Source: Dimargaris cristalligena
Lineage: Eukaryota
Direction of reading: 5' to 3'
Length of the DNA: 32,156 nt
Assembly (NCBI GenBank): GCA_003614675.1
Contig: ML002426.1
Span: forward strand, 1-32,156
Numbering within the stretch: the stretch's first letter is position 1; every line of letters starts with the position of its first letter. The notes beneath the pieces were generated by a model that worked only from the letters and a program-made list of their open reading frames with translations, searched no databases and was not told the DNA's origin. The position numbers and the translations under genes are program-made. Below, in pieces: positions 23,175 through 32,156 of the stretch.

Positions 23175-25790
23175 GTAAATCAACTGGGGCACCCGAGTCA
23201 AGTAAAGAGCGGTCACCGGGTATAATAATAACGTCATGCAATTTAACCCAATGCCTAGACCCCCTCCCCTTCTTTAGACCCAGAAGGCCAGCCTCCCCCC
23301 GGATCTCCTGCCTCTGCTGTTTACCACCCCCTCTCATTGTCCCTCTCCTCTTTCAGTAGGCGGAATAAGTCAACGGAAAAAGGTCGAATTAAAAGGTGGG
23401 ACAATAAACCAATATTCCAAGACAGGGAGTGAATTCGGTTTAGAAGTGTTTGAATGGGCTCTACAGCCCTAAATGGGACTATCCCAACCCATTTGGGATA
23501 TAATTGACGGACAATCCTTACCCTTCTGGTCTCTCAGCCTCGCCCTTGTTTATCAATTTGGTGGCGAAACGTCAGCCATCCCACCCAGCGAGCGTGATTG
23601 CGGCTGTAGAATCCTGGGGGCTGGCGAGGAAAAGTGGCCGAGAGGAAGAGAGAGAGAGGGGCTGCTCAAATCGGAGTGGCGGTAGATTCGATAGGGAGGG
23701 AGGAAGTATAAGCTACCGAGATGAGTTGGTGAATACAATACAATACAATGGAATGCAAGGTGGGTGGATATAGGAAAGGTATTTTTATACCAGCTGGATA
23801 CGGACCGGTTTATTTGATTCAGTTCACGGTAGAGTAGGCTAAAGGGGAGACTGTATGCGCATAGAGGCGATCTAGCGGAGGCGTCTCGCAGCCGGCTTCG
23901 GATGAGTCCTTAAATGCGGTGGTTCCCCTGTATGCTTTGTAGGGTAGTAGGTAAGTAAGTAGGTGGGGACAGCTTGTTTGTTGAGTGGCTACTCCATCTA
24001 TGCTATATGCGCATACACTCGGTGGGCTCTCTAGACTCAATTTTCCCGTACCTGGCTGGCCTCACCAAATGGCTGATCCAACTGCTGGTCTTTGCTTGAT
24101 GCTCCTGCTGCAGAGAGCGGCGTCGTTCACCTGTTCTCTTTTTTGTGGACTATGGAGGAGGGGGGTGGCCAATCCCTCCTCCCACTACTATTTTGCCCCT
24201 CAGTACTTTAACGGATTCTCGCCTCGCTTTTCGTTATATTCTCACTCTTCCCTGTCGTTCCTTCCCGTCGCCCACTGTGGGAGGTCGCTACTCACTGATA
24301 TATTATTATTCCCTCACCCGCATATAGTCTCTTCTAGGCCTTGCTCATCCTCGACCTGTTCTTATATATATAAGGACGTGGCCTGCTTCTCCCCGGATCC
24401 CGTTTCTTTCCCCCTTCGGTCTGGGCAATGAATACTGTGCGTCTTCTATTTCCCTACTACTGCTTCTTTTGCTGTTATTCAAAATCATCCAACTCCCCTT
24501 CCTCACTGTTATTCTTCCCCTTTCCGATTCCTTGATTTAACTGGTTCTTTGGGCCTATCCTGCTTGTCTCTTCCCTTATTGGCTTCCTCTCTCCAGTCAC
24601 TCACTTGCATCAACCCATCTTTTCCATATCGAAGCCCCGATAGAGCTGCCTCCTTCTCACAGCTATTTTACTCCCTTCTTGTTTCCATCCTATAGTATCT
24701 CTATTAACGTCCTCTTTGTCCACGTACCCTTCACATATCTTGCTTGGTCCATCGTACACTAGTTGTCACCCTTCCTGACTTCCTAGTAGCCTGGTTGGGT
24801 CGCTGAACTATTTCCCTACCCTTTTCTTCACGCGCGGCTATTTTAAATACCCCACTTTTTTCTCTCTTTTTACTGCTTCCCTGCTCCAGGGATCGTTTGT
24901 CACTTAACCTCTTTATCAGTTCTCACCCACTGGCGGATTCCTCCAGGTTCATCGTTCCCATCCCGTAGCCCATCCTTTGACCAACTCTACTCTCTTTATT
25001 TCGTGCCGTTCTCAATACCAACTCTCTCTAGTCTCGTATCACTTGGCCTACACCTGTTTCTTCAGTCACCCCTCCCTTCGTGCTCCCCATCGTTTATAAA
25101 ATACTCTTCACTCTTACCTGGTATTTCTTTGAACCTATCCGGTTACTAACTACTCAGCCTTGTGACACCTTCCCCCCTTTTTTAGCACCTGTACTGTCGT
25201 GTTCTGCTAGAGTATTTTAATTATTCCCCCCCCCCCCGAAACGAACTCTCCCCGCTGTGAGGTTTATGGATGGCTACTACCCACTCAACCCCTAATCCCC
25301 CATACCCCTCAACGACAATCCCTTTTCTCACCCCTTACCTCACCACCCCCCTTCTCCCGTCGACTCCCCGAACTACTGGTGTCGACCGGGGTTTCCTACG
25401 TCAACCACCGCCGTCTGGGCGTGTCGCTCGACGCTTGCTCTCCGTCGATTTCCCGCAGCGTCCGCTACCAAATATCCTTCTTGTTCCGAAGCGGCTCTAA
25501 GTGTTCCTTGAACCGTCTCTTACTGGGATATTCTATTTCGCCCTACTAGTATAGATAAATATCTATCTATATATTGACCCTGTCCTCCCTATTTTTTTAT
25601 CTATAGTATTATCGTCTACGTAATAGTAATTATTCAGTGCTAATTCAATAGTGCGCTCTTTTTTGCCCTTGACCCTTCTTTATTATTTCTCAAATGCATA
25701 CCTAAACGGGCGCATAAGATTCCACTGTATTGCCACTCCCCCTTTCAACTTGTTTTGTCACCCCCCCATCTCTGCTCCACTATACATTCT

Positions 25791-25807
25791 TATATATATA
25801 TATATAT
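25791..25807. repeat. (TA)n tract about 200 bp upstream of the GPCR ATG
   Basis: TATATATATATATATAT, seen directly. Confidence 0.85.
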
Positions 25808-26008
25808 CATTTCGTTTCTTTCTCCTGACATTAATTATCCGCTACCTGCATTCCACTTGATGCACTCTCTCACTAGTGCTCGTTTGGCTTCACCTAATAT
25901 TCGCTATTTATTCCACAGCCATCGCTCCAATAGTTCTGATATACTCCATCGATATCTAATTTTCTTCTGTTCTTTTCCTCGCTTTTTTAAAATTTACATT
26001 CGGTAGCG

Positions 26009-27157
26009 ATGGATACCCCTCCAATACTATCGCGAGCATTTGATGGTACCGCCATTTCCCCAGCTAACATTGTGGACACGAGCACGTCCCAGCTCATGTT
26101 CCCAAGTGCCATCCCCGGCCTACCCGCCCTATACGTGTCCAACGGTCTCTCGATTATCTGCAGTTTCGCTGTCATTTGTATATATATATTTATTAGGTTG
26201 GTGAACGCCTACCTCGTCAAGCCCATTCCATTACGTCTTGCCTTTTATGCCAGCTTTGTCGAGGGCATTTTTACCATCTTCCGGATCGTTTTAATTGCCA
26301 CTCGCGAATCGTCCGCTTTCCAAACCAACGCTGCTTGCGGCACCATCCTTTGGTTTTACATCAACTGCTCGTTGCTGTCTCTTTTTATTCGTATCCTTTT
26401 ACCTATTCACCTGCTCAAAATTTTATTCTTCAAGCAGTACCACATTCCATTTTATGAACGGCAGTACCTGCTTCTATCATTTTTGGCCTCGACCATCCTA
26501 AGCTGTTTACCGGTCATTAGTTCCATGTACGGTTGGACGGAAATGTCCCAGATGTGTGGACCGCGCCCCTCTGAGTTTTACGCCGTACCATCCGACCGGG
26601 TCAACATGTTGCTCTGGAAGTGGGCCTCCTACTACGGGTGGATTGTCTTTCTTGTGGTGTTTTGCTTATGCGTATTTCTTACATTACTTTATCAGCTGGT
26701 CCGGGACCGCATGAAGCTCCACAACGCCTACAAGAGTGGCCCCGCCCATCTCATCGCCACCGACGAGTCGCACAAATTCTGGATTCTTGTCAAAAAAATC
26801 ATTCAGCGGATTCTCTGGTACCCCCTCATTGTCATTCTCTGCCACACGGTCGAACTATACAACGCATTCCAACAAATCACCGGTTCAACCTTCTCCCCAT
26901 ACGGATTTTTTACCTCGCAGTTGCTTCTAAGTCTGCAGGCGGTGTTCACTCTCGTGGTCGTCTTCTTCGAGCCGTCGCTTTGGGAGGCACACCGCGATTA
27001 CCGGGATCCCGATGCTTCATCGCGCAATATGCGCCATTCAGCCTCCATGACTCCCCCGTCGCCTCAAGTCATCCCCTGGGATATCGTCATCCAAGCCGTT
27101 GAGCCCAAACCCTCCCACCTATCGCCCGCCTTTGAACCCCCGCGGTTGGTCCTTTAA
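26009..27157 (+). CDS. Seven-transmembrane G-protein-coupled receptor-like protein (cAMP-receptor-like / Git3-like), intronless, 382 aa
   Basis: Seven hydrophobic segments. TM1 SNGLSIICSFAVICIY; TM2 LRLAFYASFVE; Cys at the start of TM3 (ACGTILWFY); YERQY before TM4; ECL2 YGW...C; TM5 WASYYGWI; TM6 RILWYPLI; TM7 LLSLQAVFTLVVVFFEP. This pattern fits the CAR/Git3-like receptors of fungi. Confidence 0.82.
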   Translation: MDTPPILSRAFDGTAISPANIVDTSTSQLMFPSAIPGLPALYVSNGLSIICSFAVICIYIFIRLVNAYLVKPIPLRLAFYASFVEGIFTIFRIVLIATRESSAFQTNAACGTILWFYINCSLLSLFIRILLPIHLLKILFFKQYHIPFYERQYLLLSFLASTILSCLPVISSMYGWTEMSQMCGPRPSEFYAVPSDRVNMLLWKWASYYGWIVFLVVFCLCVFLTLLYQLVRDRMKLHNAYKSGPAHLIATDESHKFWILVKKIIQRILWYPLIVILCHTVELYNAFQQITGSTFSPYGFFTSQLLLSLQAVFTLVVVFFEPSLWEAHRDYRDPDASSRNMRHSASMTPPSPQVIPWDIVIQAVEPKPSHLSPAFEPPRLVL

Positions 27158-28924
27158 GACCGAACTGTGTGCATATATTGTATAAATACTTTCCTATTGA
27201 AATGCCTCTGAGGAGTTCTTTCCGACATAGCATGTCCTCTCTTTTTCTGTTACCTCCCCCCCCACTATTTCAGTTGCTTTTAACCCCGACCCGAATCTAG
27301 AGTGTCGCCATCCTTTCTCACACACCTCCTGTACGTTATCGATCTTGTTATTGACTGTAGAAAAAAATATCCGTATATGCATACTAATGCCATTTAATAT
27401 CAATTCACTAATAATACACTACATAGTAGTCTGGTTCATTTTGCACCCAGTAATGCTGGTCAATGAAGTTGTAAATGATTGAGTCACGGCGATTCGGGGT
27501 AAGTAGAGGGATATAATAGTGTTATGGTAATTCGTTGGGTTGGGCAGGTATGGTATTAGGGTGTTGGGATTAGCTCCGTCTCGTAATTTGTAGATTGGGC
27601 AGATCATACCCCCTCTTTCCCAATATAGTAAGTTGACCTAATATATGTTTGGTTGTGTGTTGATGTGTCACTTTGATTTATTTACGAATAACTGGAGTAA
27701 CGGTTGGCCAACTATGTATCTAAGTTCGATTTTCAACCTACTTCGCCCTCTTTGACAAACACTGCTAGCACTGCGTTCATCTATAATCCCTGCATTAATT
27801 GCCCTAGGGGATTTGCATATTTTGTTTTGGCAAGTATTTTTATTTTATTAAATTACCCTATTACTGGCACCCGCCCCCCTCCTGTATGCCAATGGACACC
27901 GTTTACTTGGGGGGGGGTCGGTCTTACTGGCTAAGCTACCACCGCTCTACATCATCAAATTGCCAAACCCATTTCATCGACAGACGATAATTGGTCCGAT
28001 CTCTACGGTCGTAAGGATTTTTTTGCTCGCTTAACCAGCCATTCCAATAGTTTTTTAGCGGAGAACTCCGGGAGGAGGGAGTATGGGTGTTGGGCGAGAC
28101 TGCTAATGCTATTCAAAGGATATTGTGGCACAAGGGTAGGAGGGCTACTTATCTATCCACCGTTTAGTTATATATAGGGTGGTGTTAGGTTTAGATTGGG
28201 GAAGTCCTGCGAGTAACAGGCGCTACTCCAAAAAGAAAATAATGAAAGGAAGAGGTGGAGGATGTGTCCCAGTGAAAAGGGGTAGCTCCTATTAATTCAT
28301 TTGGTGCGGTGGTGGTGGGCTCGCTGGTCCAACTTAAGGCGTATCATGCGGCTGACAAGGAATCGAGGAGACGTATCGACTATTTAACTATGCTAGGGGT
28401 GGTCATTGGAAGGGAGGGACTACTTTTGGTCAAACCATGTGAGATGATGACTCAAAAATGCTGGATATCATGCAGAAGGTACTCTAATCAATGGAAAGGG
28501 CTATATCATACGATTTATTGTAAATAGACTAACAAGTTTGAATGGAAAATGGAGGGCTGAGAGGAATTAGATGAATAGAAATACTTGGGAAGGGTGAGAG
28601 GGAAGGGTCAAATAGGAGGATATATAGTAGAGCGGGGGAGGAGGGGGATGCTGTGTTTTCCGGCCCTCCCTATATTCCGCTGTGAAGGGTTGGTTTGACT
28701 ATGGTAAATATACAGAATACGGGAATCTCAAGACAAATAAGTGAAGTGAGGGAGGGCAATAAGGATATAAATGGTGATGGGAATGGGAGGCAGTAAAATC
28801 ACTATTAGTGAAATGCGGAGATGCAGTGTCCAGGCGATATAGTGGACAGTTCAGGCCAACCGGGGTTGGGGATGTCGACGGGAAATGTGCCTATTAAATT
28901 AGATGGGCGGCAGTTGCTTTGTTT

Positions 28925-28960
28925 TGCTTTGAATTGCTTTGAATTGAATTGAATTGAATT
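28925..28960. repeat. Short tandem repeat (TGCTTTGAAT)2 merging into (GAATT)4
   Basis: Seen directly, downstream of the - strand orphan ORF. Confidence 0.8.
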
Positions 28961-29092
28961 GGATCAGATCTGATTAAGGGTCCGCTAAGTTGAGTTGATT
29001 GGAGTGAAGTGGAGTATGGGTGTTGTAGAGAGTTGAGCAGGGTATAGTTAATTGTGGGGCATGGGCCCCAGGTGGCCGCCCTGTTGGATTCT

Positions 29093-29443
29093 TTAGGCGG
29101 TATACTGGCCGAGCTGCCAGAGGTGCGACAGGAACGTCACCCACCACCGGTAGCCCAAACTACCGCCCCCGGGCTGGGAGAACGGAGCGGCGGGGGCCAG
29201 TAGGATGCGGCGATCAGCCAGGAGGCTTTGCCCCGAATCAGCGAGGCGGGCGCGGCGTTGGAGCTCGGCTTCTTCCTCCCGGCGGAACTCCCGGACAATC
29301 GAGCTGAGTTTGACGGAAATGGGAAGCCGGGCAATGATAATGGCGGCAGTAGCGTCGGGGTTAGGGTTGGGAGCGGTACTAGAGGCCGAGGTGGAAGTGC
29401 GCGGGCGGTTAAAGGGAGTACGGTGGTAACGGGTATCAGCCAT
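29093..29443 (-). CDS. Hypothetical small protein, 116 aa, no recognised family
   Basis: GC-rich ORF from ATG to TAA that stands out from its flanks. It is the first - strand ATG after a TATAAATA box (30140-30133) and an ATG-free pyrimidine-rich leader. Contains a helical-looking charged segment (SIVREFRREEEAELQRRARLA). Confidence 0.55.
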   Translation of the reverse strand: MADTRYHRTPFNRPRTSTSASSTAPNPNPDATAAIIIARLPISVKLSSIVREFRREEEAELQRRARLADSGQSLLADRRILLAPAAPFSQPGGGSLGYRWWVTFLSHLWQLGQYTA

Positions 29444-29763
29444 ACTGGCGAAGGATTGACTAAGGGGTGTGGAGAGAGGCGTTCTGGGTGGTCTTTAGGG
29501 CGGAGAGGGGTGGAAGGGGTTGGCGGGTATTACCGATTGGGAAATTTAATAGTAACGGAGGGGGAGGGTCACGGTTGCTGAAAAGTAAGAAAATGGTGGA
29601 GATATTGAAACAAGGAGAAGGAGGGGGCGAGGGGAGCTGATGATATAATGGCCGGGCGAGTAGTAAGTAAGTAAACCGGATTCAGTTGGTAATATTCGAT
29701 GGAGACGTTTTTTTATTCGCGCGATAATCCAATGCGAAGCACAGTCCACACAACACAGTACTG

Positions 29764-29788
29764 TATACTATACTATACTATACTATAC
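29764..29788. repeat. (TATAC)5 pentanucleotide repeat
   Basis: Seen directly. Confidence 0.9.
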
Positions 29789-30132
29789 TGTAGAAGAGCC
29801 CTGTTCGTTGCTGTTATGTGTGTGTGTGTGAGAGGGGGGGGGGTTAGCCCAATACGACAGTATATGAAGGAAGGTGCGGTTCAGGCGGAAATGCGGACGG
29901 TAAGGAGAAATGATGAAGATTCACGGTAGCCGAATCAGGAAGATTGACGGGAAAAGCCAGGCTAGAGCAGCGGAGGTCTGTGAATTCGGGCTGATGATGA
30001 AGGAGGAACTACTGCAGTTGCCGAGTGCGAAGAGTAGTAGGTATGGTATACTCTCGACTGGTTGTTGAAGGATACAAGAGATGAAGGAAAACGTTGGTGA
30101 GTGAGGGAAGAAGGGGAAGGAAGAGTGGCGGG

Positions 30133-30140
30133 TATTTATA
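30133..30140 (-). promoter_or_regulatory. Candidate TATA box (TATAAATA) for the 116-aa orphan gene
   Basis: TATTTATA on the + strand, followed on the - strand by a CT-rich tract typical of fungal transcription start regions. Confidence 0.45.
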
Positions 30141-31019
30141 CCAAGACCCGCGACTAATAAGGGAGAGAGGGAGTATCATTTTATCGGTGTAACGGCGAGG
30201 GACAGGAAAGGCAGGGGCGATTGTCTATGGTGTTGACTATAATGAGGGAGGGGGCGGCTCTGGAACATTGGAAAAGCCCATCACCGTTTCCATTGCCCTT
30301 ATAAGATTATAGAGAGAGAGAGACCGGCTACTAGAAGTGCGTGGGGGGGGGGGCTTCCTAGACCATCCAGTCGTACTTATTTTAAATAGCTTCCGCATTT
30401 TCCTCTTATTTCCTACTTGCCTTCCTTTTGTAGAAACCACTCGGCACAGCCTGACAGGGAGAGGATCCCATCGGCCATAGTGTAATATATTATTATTCTT
30501 TCATTGACAACCTGTGAGGGGTTTGGTGACTGATCTCTCGCTTCTTTGTATATCCATCGAGAAGGGACTCTATTGTCTTTTTACCCATGTCCTGAGAGGG
30601 CTGTAGTTCCCAAGAAACGCCCTTAAGTGGAACTACAGAGTATACCCCGCACCCTATATTCACTTGATGATCCGTTGTTTATTTTGGAACACTATACACA
30701 CCAAATCAAACCCTTATCGTCTATCCCCCCCTCCTGCTGACTTTACACTGAGACTGCGGTCGAAATGCGGGGGCCAAACAAATGAGGAAGAGGGTGAGGT
30801 GGCGGCTCAGTCACTCTAGGTAGGTAGGCAAGCCGGAAGAAATTAAATAGTAGCAGTAGTAGCTACGCAATACACGGCTATGGCTATCCGTAGCGTCTCA
30901 CCGGAATAATGGATATAGTGATGCCATGGTGGTGGTGGCGGAACTTGGTCGTTTCGGTCGCCGTTTACTACGCATCCGTGGGTTAGTGGAGCTGTCGCAT
31001 GATATGTATATAGACGTAT

Positions 31020-31064
31020 AGTAGGAGTAGGAGTAGGAGTAGTGGGAGTGGGAGTGGGAGTGGG
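31020..31064. repeat. Compound hexamer repeat (AGTAGG)n-(AGTGGG)n
   Basis: About 3.5 AGTAGG units followed by 4 AGTGGG units, seen directly. Confidence 0.85.
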
Positions 31065-32156
31065 CGCAGCTATTCTCCTCCATACACGGCCGGAAAATCA
31101 GGGCGGGAATGGGAAACTGGCCTTTTTCCCCTGCGGGTCCGCGCACCTGAGAATATCTACATCTATTCATGAAAAAGCGATAGTTTCGGATCGTGGATAA
31201 TCGATATACACACGTATATATCCTTCTTACTTCGGTTAATTCATACTTACCGTGTGTGTATTCCTGCCCATGATCCTATTTCTATGACTGTTATCCCCCC
31301 CCCCATTTTTTTAAATAATAATAATAATATACTCTATTTCATACTGGCATTAGCCCGAGAAGGATAAGTTCCCCTAAAACGGTATTACAGCCGCCCTTGT
31401 TTAAATCACAGTACAATGGCCCTCCTGAGGGAAAAATAACGTATAGGTAAATCTATGAATTACAATTACGAGAACGGACTACATTATTATTTCCCATTAC
31501 TTGTGCATTTGCCTGGGCTGAATTTTCTTTTCTTTTGTTCAGATGGCATTTGATTAATTGATCCAAAATAACGGATTTCCTCAGTAGAAGGGGAGGGAAG
31601 AGAGATGGAGTACAGGGCAGCCTCACAATCATACCATTGTTTCTATTTATAGGGGACTCTCTTTGATGCCTTCCCCCTAACCGACGGATACAAGCGGACC
31701 AAGGGTACGGAATGAGAAGCCCTGGGAAGGCTTGGAACCATCGTCCGCGGAATCCCTATACCTAAATAAGAAAAAAAAGGTCAATGAATCGATTAAACAA
31801 GGAACAATAGGCCCCATTGCGGTTTCTGGCACACCGGGAATCAAGCAACGGAAGGAAAGGGAGATCAATCTTCCCCAAGTAATTTCACTAAAGGGTAAAT
31901 ATCATTAGACATTAAAGGTAGGGGCAGGCTTAATTAAGCTCATGGTGGGACTCTACTTTGCTGCGGAATGAGGCCATCCACCCAACAAAATACCCATAAT
32001 GATAATAACAAAACTATTCACCAATCCGCTAATGCAGACCATTGGTAACACTCGGTCCGTTTACTTGAGTTACGGCCCTCCCTGTCCAGCTAAGTTAGGT
32101 AGGTTGTCATAAGGACCTGGTTTCTTCCCAGGGTCTGTTCATTATTCTACCTTCTG

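Noticed and set aside
26295..27102. Alternate-frame ORFs inside the GPCR (up to 160 aa)
   Set aside because: Shadow ORFs of the main coding frame without their own signals.
29137..29581. Antisense and alternate-frame ORFs overlapping the 116-aa orphan
   Set aside because: Explained by local GC richness; only the - strand 116-aa frame has the ATG, TATA and leader support.
30898..31170. 90-aa - strand ORF with HSHSHS/YSYSYS repeats
   Set aside because: The periodic peptide comes from the hexamer microsatellite; no other coding evidence.

Overview
Eukaryotic, intron-containing genomic DNA. GT-AG introns of about 130-580 nt with CTRAY branch points, together with the gene content, point to a fungus, probably an early-diverging lineage such as Zoopagomycota or Mucoromycota (inference). 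Six genes can be rebuilt with frame-consistent exon structures: a 4-exon lysosomal-acid-lipase/TGL1-type sterol esterase (+, 388-2586); a 3-exon RED/IK-like spliceosomal protein (-, 3194-5151), head-to-head with a 7-exon NAT9-like GNAT acetyltransferase (+, 5652-7406); a 2-exon CCAAT-binding complex subunit NF-YA/HAP2 (+, 13208-14513); a 2-exon CMR1/WDR76 WD40 protein (+, 16102-18652); and an intronless 7-TM CAR/Git3-like GPCR (+, 26009-27157). A 116-aa orphan ORF (-, 29093-29443) has a TATA box and a 733-bp ATG-free upstream stretch, so it may be a real unannotated gene. The other points of interest are regulatory: consensus NF-Y sites upstream of the NF-YA gene itself, long pyrimidine-rich ATG-depleted leaders on three genes, a 95-codon open frame right after the lipase stop, and a cluster of minus-strand splice signals downstream of CMR1. 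I found no tRNA, rRNA, CRISPR array or recognisable mobile element, and no unambiguous new biological system.
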